From Octopus sinensis (lineage: Eukaryota): DNA of 64,000 nucleotides. The stretch is taken from positions 102,858,001 through 102,922,000 of the forward strand of contig NC_042998.1 of assembly GCF_006345805.1 (NCBI RefSeq). Reading direction: 5' to 3'. This document shows positions 43,912 through 57,686 of the stretch, piece after piece. The notes beneath the pieces are model-generated. The model was not told the origin of the DNA, did not search any database, and saw only the letters and a list, made by a program, of their open reading frames with translations. How positions within the stretch are numbered: the stretch's first letter is position 1; the number at the start of each line of letters is the position of its first letter. A program made the translations under genes and the position numbers.

Positions 43912-46900
43912 TAATTTAATATAAAAATTTATGGATAATAGAATTTTCGTTATTATATTGAACGAAACATAATATATTACGATTAACAAAATAGAACGAG
44001 CTAAACGCAATTAAAAGACAAAATATGTGATGTGAGAAAATATAAATAGAATATGTATAAATAAAATATAAATAAAATATATTCGCAGAAATTTAGGATT
44101 TTATCCTTATTTTACCTATTTAAACGTATTTGAATTAAATCTATGATGGAAATGGTAAGCACACCTTCTTACATCCGTAATCTTGTCATGTCCACATTTA
44201 ATATTCAATTAAAATTTAATAAGTACAGCTAACATTTGTATAAAAAATAATGAGATTGCTTTTTTGTGTAAAATCAGCTGATCTTATACTAACCAAACGT
44301 TTGTTTTGTTTAAAGATATGAACACACACATAGGACTTTTACATTGTCTGCGATAGCTTAGATATACCACGCAGTTTGTGAGCAAATATATTCAAATAAA
44401 TATATTTCTACTACCGACATATATTTTTCACATGTGGTGATTTGCTTCCTGTTGATAGTGACAAACAAAGTATTTTGCCCAAGTACCCGTGGAAACTTTA
44501 AAAAGGATACATTGAATAGTGTGGTCTATTTACACCCCCCCCCCCCAAAAAAAAAAAAATGAAAAAAAAAATGTTAACTGCTGGAATCATAAGCAGATAA
44601 ATCAGGTTTAGTGTGTAGATAAAAATTATAACGACAGTATATTTCGAAACATTACTCAATAGAAGTTATTTTCTCGTTTATATTTCCTTCAACAATTTTT
44701 TCGCTTGCCTGAAACTAGAAAATATGTGGACAAACATTTCAATGACAAAACTTCCGAAATTTATAGAACTAACAAAGCATAATTAAAACACAAAATTTTC
44801 AGTCTTCGTTTTAAAACTTAGTGCATTTAAAAACAGAAAACAATAATTTACGACGTTAAGAAAGAAAATTAGTAGAGATAATAAATCAAAAGCGAGTTAG
44901 TGGCTTAGAATTATCTCTGCATGTACAAGATGTTTGTAGAGTTTAATGTTTTTAGCGTTCTCTCGTTATCTATAATTGTACCATTCATGCTTTCGTTTCA
45001 AAGTATAAGTAATCAAACCTTGTATTCTGTTCATACAGATATTGTCTCTGACTCAAAACATAAGTTTGTCGAAAGATGGCTTCCAGAATATATTCACTTC
45101 CTTCCGCATGCACGTACTAAAATATGGCAACGAGACTGACGCTTCCATACTGGTGAAAGACATATAAGAGATCTCTGTATAAAAGAAACATTTTGTTACA
45201 CCGGTTAAACCCGAAGATAAGTATTGGATCAGAGTTGGGCCCACGACGCCCATAAATCATCAATCGTCCCCTGCTTCGTCGCTACCATGACTAACATCAA
45301 CACTACTACTACAACGTAATACAGTTGCCTGCTACGACAATGTTTGCCGTTGCTGCGACCGATACCATCACTACTACGTAACTTGCCACGACGATGTACT
45401 CTACTATTGCTTGTTACTACTTTATCATCGACTTCTAAAAGGACGTGTACCAACAACGTCATCACCAACTACTACCACAGTTTGTACCACCAGTGCTGCC
45501 AACCTACAGTTAGCTACCCACCTCCTCCCGAGCTACTGCTCCTATCACACTCACTGAACAAACCAGTGTCACTACCTGTTTGACAATCGAAATGGCAGCA
45601 TTTGCATAAACTTATAGTTCTTAACCCTATACCTCTGATGATGGGTCTACACATGGCAACATTCATGCTGAAAATCCCGTATGAAAGTTATTAACACATA
45701 CCATAAATGTATTCATTAGTATTTCCAACTAAAGTTACTGATGTACACCATGTAAGTTACGCATTAGATTTTCGTTCAATCATAAACGTAAATGTATTGA
45801 TTTATAAATATTTTTTTTTATCGGCAAAGCTACATTCTGCCAGTAATATTTTATTTATAACATTCAGGTACAACGAAACAAGAAAAAAGGAAAGATAAGA
45901 AAAGAAAAGATAAAGGTTGGGGGAAAAGCAGCAGATGATGGAAGGAAAGGCGGCGATGGGCCACATATCCAAGAATAAAGGACGTGCTCAGCCCCCCACC
46001 ACCCCCGGTCATGACTGCAATGGCTTTGTCACGGAGGATGGCCAGTGACACTCACTGCAGCAGCACTCCACCTCTCGGGGTTCATTTCTTCAACACGACA
46101 CTGTTATCCCTCTTTTGCGGAGGAAATCAGTAGTACGGGGTCCTAGCACACCTGATGTCTCGACGGTCACTGGTACAAACTAATAGCGGCGGACCATGCC
46201 ACTGTATTTATTGAGTTTTCTCTCCTCTGCAAGGTTGAAGGCGGAGAATGTGTATATATAAGTTATACATGTATTTATATTCAATACGTACGCAAATATA
46301 TAAGAAATGCATGAAGCCCATTGATGATTAGTTTGTGAGGGTTTTCACGTGTCACATACGCCGAAAATTGCTCTGTTATTGTGGAGTGGTTGGTTGGTCA
46401 GTGCTCTCACAAAACCTGTCTCGTTAGAGGAATTAATAGCAACTGACATGAGGTAGTACGTCTCCTATTGATCTAGAAGAAGTTTTAAAAACAATATTGC
46501 GTGCATTTTGAAACCACTCAATTTGCATATTGTTATGAGAGCTTTTTCGCTTATAGTAGCAAGAGGACATCTGTATCTGATCAATCACGTAATCTTTAGC
46601 AGTAGTATAATATATCAAAATTCTCTTTGCTCTTTTCCCCCTTTTTGCATTCATTTCGTTTCTATTTGGTATCGGTCCCAAATGGAAATATACGGTAAAA
46701 AGCATTGTATCTTCAATGTATCTTCAATCACAATTACATGTTGTAAGTTAACCCTACTTTGGTTGCTGCTAACATCCAAACGTTCTATTAATGTACTGAG
46801 CTGCAGAACCACCAATTTGCTTTCCGCAGGCATGCTATGTTGCCTCTTTAAATAACTATTTCACTTCTTTTTTGCTTTCAATACGAATTGAAGCTTGTCT

Positions 46901-46976
46901 TCTCTCCAGTTCAGTATCAGATTTGAAATTTTGATGTATAGATTCACAGAGCGTAAATAATATTGCAATAGGTATT

Positions 46977-47030
46977 GTTGTTACCTGATAATCCTGAGTA
47001 GTAGTAAGGCTATAGAAACGTTGTAACAGC
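46977..47030 (+). ncRNA. Degenerate minimal hammerhead ribozyme (G8A, decayed stem II)
   Basis: GTTGTTAC-CTGATAA-tcctgagtagtagtaaggctata-GAAACGTT-GTAACAGC. 8-bp stem I (one G-U), palindromic AACGUU. Confidence 0.62.
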
Positions 47031-47229
47031 TGAGTCATTATTTGTCTTTTCAATTAAATATATGGCAAAACAAAATTTGTGGTTGTTATACAATGTTTCA
47101 TTAATTATATCTGTAATATTAGATTGGTGTCACACATGTAAATATTGATAAATTCCTAAATCTATACAGATTTCTTGTGGGAATGCCTTGTTTTTTTCTT
47201 TTTGTACACATTTTTCCGATTTGTTGGCA

Positions 47230-47540
47230 AATATTCATTTGTAATTCAGTTTCTTTCATCTGTATGGTAGATTTAATCCATTGCCAATGTCAAGGAAGCA
47301 ACTTGGCTACATTAATTAAAGTTGCTTCTTGGGTGTCTTTAGCGGAATCCACTCTGCTATATCCTTTTCTTGAATATCCTCAGTTTGAGAATATCTTCAT
47401 CCCTCCCAACTACCAAGTACATTACCACTAACCCTTTACTGACCCCGATAATTCTATGTGAGACTGATTGCCCTTCTCTGATAAAACATAAATAGAAGAT
47501 ACTTAGTTTATGTCATTCAGCAGACTGTTGCTTCTTCTTC
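47230..47540 (-). pseudogene. Highly decayed LINE reverse-transcriptase fragment
   Basis: Minus-strand KGNQSHI/NYRG followed by QSGFR in the expected order and spacing; heavily frameshifted. Confidence 0.4.
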
Positions 47541-47994
47541 ACTTTCATTTAGTCTGTTTCACACTCTTAAGTTTTCCGTTAACTATGTGGTAAATATGTC
47601 ACTGTATATCACCTGTGAGCATATATTCCTTCAAATTTACATACTCCTCAGCAATGGTTTCTTGGAATTATGTTAATTATAGTAGGTTCAAGAAACTTAA
47701 GCTGAATATTGGATTTCACCTTTTCCGATACATCTTAACATACGTAAAATATTAGTAATGATTAAGCAATGAACTTATGATTTTAATAAATCTTTTCTAC
47801 TGTGCAGATTTCTGTTCGATGTCTTTGGAACTATTACACATTAATTTGTGAAGATTTCACAGGTTTAGTTTATTTAAAACTCTACATAAAGGAACCGTTA
47901 ACTCCAAATATTTTACACGAAAGCTAATAGTGAGAACTAAATTGCTATAAATGGCAATATTATGTTTTATTTCTTAGTAGTTTCACACATTAAA

Positions 47995-48300
47995 CTACTG
48001 CCATGCTGGGGCACCACCTTGACAAATTTTAGTCGAACGAATCAGCCCCAGTATTTATTTTGCTTTTAGACCTAGCACTTATTCTCTCTGTCGCTTTTGC
48101 CAAATCATTAAATTACGAGAGCGTTAGCACCGTTTGTCAAGCAATGGTGGTGAGGAAACAAACATAGACACAAAAGACACAAAAATGTGTGTATATATGA
48201 CTGTCAAACATGTCAAATATGTTTCTGTCAAACAAATCCACTCACAAGGACTTGGTTAGCCAAGGCTATAGTAAAAGATACTTGCCCACGATACCACGCA
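47995..48300 (-). mobile_element. SINE family B, old diverged copy
   Basis: GCCATGCTGGGGCACC, CAAATCCACTCACAAGG and GGCTATAGTA.AAGA.ACTTGCCC match 12930-13343. Confidence 0.82.
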
Positions 48301-48976
48301 ATCAGCCAGAAAATGACTTTTTAAATATTTGTTTCTAATTCTCAAAAGCAAATATGTTTATTTATTCGTTTCCTATTTCCATATTTAAAATATTTTAAAC
48401 ACAAAATCACTTGAAGACGAGTATCTAATTTTAGATAGATTAAATAGTTCTTTATATTGCAACATGTAATATTTCATATTCAAAGTGATTGCATCACGGC
48501 ACGCGAATGCAACCGAAACAATAAAGCGTATGCAATATAAAAAAGTTTTAATTCACAATTTTACTCCTTGTATGTAATATTTGAATTTTATTCCGGTACA
48601 TCTTTTTTTAAATGTAAATATATAACAAGTTCGATTTTTCACATCTAACTAGAATGTTATCTACATGAGAGATGTGGTTGCAGAGAAGACCACAATGCCG
48701 ATCTGATCATACTTGTTTGCGCTTTCGCAGGCCGGAGTTAAAAACATGAATTATCATTTCACAATGTAGTTTACAATTTTGCACTGTAGATATATCAAAG
48801 TGAATATATCAAATTATTCAATATATCATATGTTGTGTTGAATATAAAGTAATTAGTGACATAACGATTGCCCAATTGCAAAACTCTATCCAAGCATTTT
48901 TAATTGATTTATGATTTATGATTGATATGAACAGCTAAAAGCAACCAGTAATACCGTGAATAAAAAATTCCGGTAA

Positions 48977-49022
48977 TCGTTCCCTGATGAATCTGCATAG
49001 TGAACTGAAACTAGTCAGAATA
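48977..49022 (+). ncRNA. Candidate decayed hammerhead (core intact, stems I and II poorly paired)
   Basis: CTGATGA (48984-48990), 16 nt, GAAAC-TA-GTC (palindromic ACUAGU plus GUC). Confidence 0.45.
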
Positions 49023-50449
49023 TTATTATGTATACTTATACTTTTATTATGTATACTTATACTTATGAGATGTCTATACTGTACTGAAAGTTTTGTAACA
49101 CTGCTACTGTTGACACACGTGTATTTCAATACAATCTTTCCAAGGAAGTAATATCCAGGAAACTGTGTAATCAGGTATTCTGGAGTAAACAGAAAAAAAT
49201 CAGTTCATCATATCTCGAACACCTTTCCAAAATACGCTAGATGTTGGCATTAAGACCTCAACGATCTGGGTTTTTTTAATATCTCTTCTCTGTGATAGGA
49301 TTAAAACATTCTATGTAATACAAATACGCTTTATTATCTTTACATAAAATTAAACGGAAAATGTTCGGCAAATTTATCGTAAATACTTACGTAGAATTGA
49401 AATCAGCCATAGCATAAAATTCCAGTATTGAGTGCAGTTTCCATATTTTAGAAAATCTTAGAATATTTTCCTTAAACATGGAGCATAAGGTTCACTTTGT
49501 TTTTCCTCAATTGACCGTTAATTATGACTAATCAATCCTGAGATCGAATTATGTTGTAAGAAGATTCTAACTATGTCATTAGGAAAAGAACTTGGACCTA
49601 ACGCATTGGACCTTAGATTACTTAGAAAGCATTTTTTACCACTAATCAATAATATGATAAAAACTGCTAAACTCAATGGAATGATAGCAAGACTGACATC
49701 ACTTGTTATTTTCATAATTATCATAGGAAACCAAGTTTCTCCCACTTCACATAACACGATTTTATTTGTCAAGTACGACTTTATAACCTTTTAGGTAATA
49801 AAGTAGTAAAACTTATAGTACATTTTGGGGCTATGTTTACATTTTTATACATGCACCGCATGTGTTATTACATTTCACTTGGATAAGTCTTAATGTAAGA
49901 AATTTTGATTGCTTCGAGGCGGCGATACAGATTTGTAGCTTTGCTTCATTAGGTAAAAGTTTATCTATATTGACAGTTATACTTTTAGTGTTTTACGTCT
50001 AGCTATATGCACAAATTCTAATGAGCATACTCCAGATTCCTGGGAAATCGGAAATTTTGGCTTAAAATTGCCATAACAACAGATGTTGATCTTATTGATG
50101 TCAGTCTAGATTTTAAGTCTTCATTCATCTTTCGAATTTTACTCCTTTATGATGTCAGGCATGTCAGCACTTTCTATAAATTAACAACCTGAAATCGAGA
50201 GGTATGAATGATAGGAATAGGTAATTTATATCCCACAGACAAATGTAAGTATCCTTACGCCACATCACTTGCAGCGTTGACTGCAACTCGAAAGCAAATT
50301 TCCTTTAAGGCTGTGCGAAATTATATTGTTCATACCAAATTTGAGACGGTGCATCTTCCTCTATCCTACTTCTGCTGGCGAGCATACGTTATGCAAGCCT
50401 CGCTACAAGGCTTGAACGTCCCGACGGGGTTATAGAAACAAAAAACTGC

Positions 50450-51870
50450 AGATTGGTTGATGCTTGGTTAATGTTTTCTACAAAATCATTGACCAGGTAA
50501 CATTAACCGTCTTTGATCATGTGGATGACAAGAAGTAAAGATCCATATAGTGAATGAATTGCTTGATATATGATCGGCATGAGACATATCTAGAGGTCTT
50601 GCAGAAGTCGAGTTTATGTGCTGTCTAGCGATCGATGTATGGACACCTTCAGAGGCCAGCATTAAGAGCCCTAGAACTGAAATAGATTCTACTGTACTAT
50701 GAACATGTGCATAGATTTAGAACATGTGACAGATATGATGCCTTCCAAATTTTCTATTATTTGCCGAATGCTGACCATGTTATCGGTTTATGAATCGTAA
50801 CGTCTGTGCTGGTATAGGGAATACAAGACCCTAGGTTGCAGAAATAAGTAACTGATCCAATGGACCCCGTTACAAGTTTAAGATTATTAACACCAGTATT
50901 TCTGCCACTGGTTTTGGTATTTGCCTTCAAGCTGGTTACGGAAAGACTAACTTCAATAGTAGCGTCAAAAATAAAGGCAAATAACTCACAACATAGATTC
51001 CTTGACTGTAAACCCCACATTGAAAAGCTGTTAGGGAGCAACATATCTCCCATAGACAACTTTGTTGTGACACCAATACCACCGCTACCCATAAATATTC
51101 CCACTGGTGAAATTACCTAAACAGTTCAAGATCAACAAATTTGACGGTGTTCCTCAAGAGATCCTTCGGAATCACGAGCTATTTCCTTTAATTCTTACTA
51201 TTCTAAATCTTACTTACTCATCAGTCAGCCCCCATCGCAATTCAAGCTGAAACATATTCTTGTTCTAAAGAAAGGGAGATTTATTAGAATGCGGCCAGTA
51301 TCATGGTACCAACTTGATGTCATGCTCAGCCAAATTCTTCAATGTATCGCATCCGAGATCCTATTAAAACACAGCACAAATCAAACCAAAGCAGTTATCG
51401 TGGAAGCCACTCCACCCTGAACCTATTTTAACTCAAGGTGACTCGTTGAAACCATCTCAGAAAAGAAATATACGTCTTTGTCCGCCGTTTTCGTGGCGTT
51501 CACAAAACTTTTTAATCTCACCACCGTTAGCTGACATTTCAGATTCTCTCAGCCTATGACATACCAAATGAAGTTGTAAATGCTCTCCGCTCTATGTATG
51601 CAGCCTGCCAAAGTTTAGCGCGACTAACAGAGACACCGACACATTCGCAGTAAATATATGAGATCACCAAGATGGGGATCTCATGAGAGTCTTGGACTAT
51701 GTACAATGGCAAGCTATACTATCTGAACTATATATAACTCTTCATTCTCGACGAAGATTGCGTCATCTAGCATCGTGTCTCACCGACATCGATTTCGCAG
51801 ATGATATCGCACGTTTCGCGATAATCACAAATACTTAGACTATCCTCAGAAACCGGGAGCCAGCTGCCAA
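50450..51870 (+). mobile_element. Very old RTE-like LINE relic
   Basis: Ordered motifs FDGVPQEIL, LKKG, SAKFFN, VFVAFTK, VNALRSMY, LFIL and LTDIDFADDIA (FADD at 51794-51805). Left boundary uncertain. Confidence 0.68.
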
Positions 51871-53210
51871 ATATTCTGTATAAAATCCTATTTACTAAGT
51901 GTTAAGCTTAATGTGCCAAAACCTCTCTAGATTTGTAAATCATTAAGCACTTCCATACAACTGATTGGTAAATGAAACCATTAAATCATCACCATCTCAT
52001 TTTACTGCATTTGCCTACTACAAAGTAAAAGTTAACTCATCAATTCTGAAACTTCGCACAACCCTAAATGTCTATATTCACATGATCGAAGGGTAATTCA
52101 CAAGCGGTATTGCTCTCAAACACTTTTCATTCCAGAAGTATACCTACGGAATGATCATAATACACATATAATTTCAATTCAATGTTGGGAGCATCCGACT
52201 TCTACTACGCACAAAACTACGTACAAGTATGTTCATATAAATTAGAAGGGCGAATAGATGTAAAGAAATTTGGTATATCCACAATTTGGTATGTACAGTA
52301 TTGACTTTCAATTATATTGCGAGAAAAGTATAGCTTCATACATTATTCTCTTTCATATTGTTTGTCCTTAATTCTAATATACCATGTTCAGTATTATCAT
52401 TAATTTCAATTTTATAATTTAAGAGAGTCAATGTTTCATAAGCAACATATACCCTCTAATTAATTTACTAATTTGTGATTTAATGAACTGAATATTTCCA
52501 AGAATAATTTGAGTGTTCGAAGCGAAAACAAATAAGACTACTTAACCTTGCTTTAAAACACATCGGTTAACGCATATCCTCTTGAATCAGACTGTTGATA
52601 TATGATACGAATTTGGAGACTATAAAACTTTGATACACTCAATAAGATCGCAATTTTTTATGATATTTAATTATGGGTATGCGTATGTAGTGTGTATGTA
52701 TGCGTATGGGGTGTCTGTGTGTACATGTATAAAATAAAACGAAATAATTGGATATATACATTGATATGTTTATCATTGGCTTTAAATTATTTTAGATATG
52801 CGTTTGAGTGTGTAGAAAGTTCAATCTTATCAACTGATTGATTGATCGACTGAAAATTTGAGAAACCACTCACCAAAGCTATCATCTTCAGTTTCGAAAC
52901 AAAGCAGCTATCAAAGGAAAACAAAAAAAGAAAGGAACAATGGATCTAACTGATGGTTGACTTCGATTTCAGATTACTTGGAGTAAAATACAGTTCACAA
53001 TACTATCTTTTTAGCCTGGTGTGTTTATATCTATCGAGAGTTTAAGAGGTATTACGCCTGGATTACTAATCCTTTCTTAATCCATCTTTGTTTTGATACA
53101 TACATACTTACACACACACACATGCACATACATATATATATATAATATAAATCATATATATGCATATATACATACGTATATGCACATAGTTACATCCATA
53201 CGTATATATT

Positions 53211-53762
53211 CATGCATATGTGGGCACGGGACGTCACGAAACGTGTACAACAAAAAATACGAAGTAGGAATACATGGAATATGAACTATTTTTCCAACAA
53301 CGAAAGACACAAATGGAAAACGAGACAAACAAGAACGGCCCTTCATCAGTTGTTGGCTGTTTTTCTACTCTCGTATTTCTAGCAATTAACAGCATGATAC
53401 GATAAGGGATAAAACAGGAGGGGGAGAAGGGAAGAAAGGAAAAGAGAAAAAACGAAAGAGTAATAGGATAGAATAATGTCTTGTTTGTGTTACCAATTTT
53501 GACCCTCCGCAAAATCCCAAATTTTGTTTAATTTGCTTAGCGGGAGCAACTGTTTTATCGAAAGCGTATTTTGTTGTTAAATGCTGGAAGTACGGGAGTA
53601 GAAAAAATAGCCAACAACTGATGAAAGGTCGTTCTTTATGTTGTTTGTTTTGTTTTCCATTTGTGTCTTTCGTTGTTGGAAAATATAGTTCATATCCCAT
53701 ATACGCCTACTTCATATTTTTGTTGTACACGTTTCGTGACATCCTGTGCCCACATATGCATG
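53211..53762. mobile_element. Long inverted-repeat (foldback) element, ~185-bp arms and ~180-bp spacer
   Basis: 53211-53393 is the diverged reverse complement of 53573-53762 (CATGCATATGTGGGCAC / GTGCCCACATATGCATG at the outer ends). Confidence 0.9.
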
Positions 53763-54488
53763 TACATATATACATATAGATATATGTACCTATACGTATG
53801 TATATGTATATATGTAATTGTTTCTAAATGTGACTAGGTCGTGGGAAAACAGTCACATTGCTAGAAATAAGAGTTAAACCGCTCTAATGCTATTGTTAAC
53901 ACACACGAATGAAAACATACATTAACAGAGACCATAACCCTCCGTAAAATGCCGATCGAGAATTCTTAATACTGACGCAAATTGCGTTGCTTCATTAGTT
54001 AAGCCAGCCCAATCATTCGGTTCCTTTCGGACCCGCATCGCCATTAGGATTTATATTTTAAAATAAACAGTAGCTTGCAATGTTTGATCAAGAAGGAAAA
54101 TTATAATTGTCTCTAAGTGTGACCAAAGTGCTGTTTATATTAATTTTATATATATATATATATACTAGCTAATCCTTAAATCATCCAATAATTTGGATGA
54201 GAAAAACATAAATACTTATGGCGAAGTGAATCCGAATGGACTTGAACAATCGAGCGGGCGTAACTGATGAGACAGTATTAAGAATACTCAATCAGTACAT
54301 ATCGAATGATTACGGTCATTGTTAGTGCATATGTTTTCATTTATGCGCGTTAACATGTGCGTCAATTACAGTATTAGAGCGGTTTACTTATTATTTCTAG
54401 CAATGTTGGTGTTTCCAAATGACCCCTTCACATTTAGTGACAATTATTATTCTCCTTTTTGGTGAAACATTGTAAACTGCTGTTTATA

Positions 54489-54566
<78 letters not shown>

Positions 54567-54667
54567 GTGTGTGTGTATATGTGTGTATGTGTGTGTGTGC
54601 ATATATGTGTATGTATATAAATATACATATATATATATATATGTATGTGTGTGTGTACATATATGTA

Positions 54668-54918
54668 CGAGGGGAAGTCAAAAAGTAATGCCATTTTGTT
54701 TAGGACAGCTATAATTACCAACACAGGAACATGTATTATACATCAGAATGAAGTTGGTCCTCTATAGATCACATCTCTCTTCCTCAACATAGTCAGCGTT
54801 TCTCTCATTAGCAATGTTCCACCTTCTAATAAGAGCATGTATCCCTTCGCCGTAAAATTCTGTTGACTGTACTTTGAGCCACTTCTTCGCTACAGTTTTC
54901 ACTTCCTCGTCACTGGAC
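54668..54918 (-). mobile_element. Mariner 3' end: transposase C-terminus plus TIR
   Basis: TA|CGAGGGGAAGTCAAAAAGT terminus; minus strand encodes SSDEEVKTVAKKWLKVQSTEFYGEGIHALIRRWNIANERNADYVEE. Confidence 0.88.
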
Positions 54919-55180
54919 TATCATCGTCAATAGACTATATATTATTCATATAAATACAGTGTAGATTTAAACACATAAGAGGTATCCGCCATAGGATTCC
55001 TTGTTCGGTAGAAGGAACAGCCAAAGTCGAACCCATTATAAGGAATAAAACTTTGAAGATAATGAAAAATAAAAACATTTACCATCTAACTCATGGACCA
55101 TGGTTTCTGATATTTTTAGCAGATAAATTTGTATATATATCAATAATTTGTATATTTAGCAAATAAAATAATTTGTATAC

Positions 55181-55243
<63 letters not shown>

Positions 55244-55861
55244 CATGCGTGTGCGTGTATGTGTGTGACTAGGAAACGTGCATGCGTGTGCGTGTATGTG
55301 TGTGACTAGGAAACTAATTCCATATTCTGTTTAACATTTGGAGGGAAGTTTTCCTTCAAATATTTGTTTTCATCTCTTTAGATATACGTTGTGGATGTTC
55401 GCGTATATGTTTCTATTGCGGCCAATTTGAATTCTCACATCGTATGACAGAGAGCTTTCTATGGCTGATTATAAAATGAATTTTATTCTTCTTACACCTC
55501 CTGACGTGTGTTACTTTTTTTTTGCAGTCTCTTACTCTTTAAAATTATTGCTTTGGCAGTAATTACTCCACACTTCCTTGAATGTTTTGGAAAAATATTT
55601 GTTTGGAGCTACTGTTAATGTACTCCTCTTAGTAGTGACTCAACACTTAACCAGCGTGAAGTGCATTGGGAAGTTACGGCTGCGTTGAGCACTTTAAGAT
55701 AACTTTTCCTGCGACTAGATTGTATCATTTTACAATCGTTGATGAGAGACACAGTTCTCGAAACAGAATGTAATGTATCAAAATACTTCCTTCGAGGTAA
55801 GAAAGATAACGCATATTTCCTTTCTCCCAGGCATCTGTTGCCTACACGTAACGTGTATATT

Positions 55862-56035
55862 TGTATGCATGTATGTATGTATGTATGTATGTATGTATGT
55901 ATGTATGTATGTATGTATGTATGTATGTATGTATGTATGTGTGTATGTATGTATGTATGTATGTATGCATGTATGTATGTATGTATGTATGTATGTATGT
56001 ATGCATGTATGTATGTATGTATTATGTATGCATGT
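55862..56035. repeat. (ATGT)n microsatellite
   Basis: Directly visible. Confidence 0.97.
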
Positions 56036-56918
56036 ATATAACTTCAGAGGCTTTATATCATAACATTAAATAGTACATTACATATATAATGATTTTTTTA
56101 ATTACTTTCAAGAAAATGCCAAACTAAGACTAGTTATCACGTATCTTGTGGTGTAAATATATGTCATTTTACTGAATACATGGATACGCATGTGTGAGTA
56201 TATACTTTCTAAATTGTGAAAGAAATATGTTTTAAGAATAACTGTCATAACCTCTATAAAACATAATTAATTGTCGAGTAAATGGATAAATTTTTTCATA
56301 GGAAATAATTGTTATAAGCGATGAATCAGAATCTCATATATATTTCTAATCACATTGCATCGATTCAGCGTATGAGGAAATGTTTTGATAGTCCTATAAT
56401 ATTTCGGAAATTAAATATGAACAATCTTTGAAATTCATTACTCTTTCCCGGTGCAATTTGTTTTAGTCTTTTATTTATCTCAGAAGAGATATATTGAGTA
56501 ACACTGAATATTTGTCATTATGACTATTCTAGGAGGATGTTATGATTTCCCTACGCTATGGTCGTAAATATTTTCAACACAATGAGAAGGTGACAGTTAA
56601 AGAGGCATTCGTGTTTTTTTACTATAATCGCTTACAATCACCTCTAGAGATTGTACTGAGTTTAATCTACTGTTATTATAGATAATTAATATTAATAGCC
56701 CACATTCATTTTGATGGGAAAATGGGCTTTTAAAAGTTTGATGTCATAATAATTGGTCTATCACGAATATTATTGAAAATTGCATTTATATTTCATTCAT
56801 GGCCTTTCCATTTTATTCTTTGCTCCATTATTATTCATATCTTCCATACACAACCACGCATTGTTTCATATATTCAATTTAAACTTGTTCAATCGCAACA
56901 AAATATGCTACAAAGAAG

Positions 56919-57686
56919 TATCCTTTTCTACTATAGTCACAAGGCCCGAAACTTTGGGAGAGGGGTAGTCGATTAGATCGACCCCAGTACGCAACTGGTA
57001 CTTAAATTATCGACCCCGAAAGGATGAATGGCAAAGTCGACCTCGACGGAATTTGAACTCAGAACTTAAAGACAGACGAAATACATATTTCTTTACTACC
57101 CACAAGGGGTTAAACACAGAGGGAACAAACAAGGACAGACAAATGGATTAAGTCGATTATATCTACCCCAGTGCGTAATTGGTACTTATTTAATCGACCC
57201 CGAAAGGATGTAAGGCAAAGTCGACCTCGGCGGAATTTGATCTCAGAACGTAGCGGCAGACGAAATACCTACTTCTATTTCTTTACTACCCACAAGGGGC
57301 TAAACAGAGAGGACAAACAAGGACAGACAAACGTATTAAGCCGATTATATCGACCCCGGTGCGTAAGTGGTACTTAATTTATCGACCACGAAAGTAGGAA
57401 AGGCAGAGTCGACATCGGTGGAATTTGAACTCAGAATGTAACGGCAGACGAAATACCTATTTCTTTACTACCCACAAGGGGCTAAACACAGAGAGGACAA
57501 ACAAGGACAGACAGGATTAAGTCGATTATATCGACCCCAGTGCGTAACTGGTACTTATTTAATCGACCCCGAAAGGATGAAAGGCAAAGTCGACTTCGGC
57601 GGAATTTGAACTCAGAACGTAACGGCAGACGAAATACCGCTAAGCATTTCGCCCGGCGTGCTAACGATTCTGCCACCTCACGGCCC
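56919..57686 (-). mobile_element. SINE family A tetramer: head-(core-tail1)x3-core-tail2
   Basis: Core GACC(C/A)CGAAAG starts at 57012, 57196, 57384 and 57565 (periods 184, 188, 181); one head at ~57640-57686. Confidence 0.93.

Noticed and set aside
45635-45695. Hammerhead candidate CTGATGATGGG...CCCGTATGAAAG
   Set aside because: Stem II and GAAA are out of register and there is no stem I or cleavage triplet.
49573-49794. ORF resembling an RT N-terminal region (GKELGPNALDL)
   Set aside because: No convincing following RT motifs; too weak to call.
54258-54325. Hammerhead candidate (CGTAA-CTGATGA-stem...TTACG)
   Set aside because: No GAAA after stem II and no recognisable stem III or NUH.
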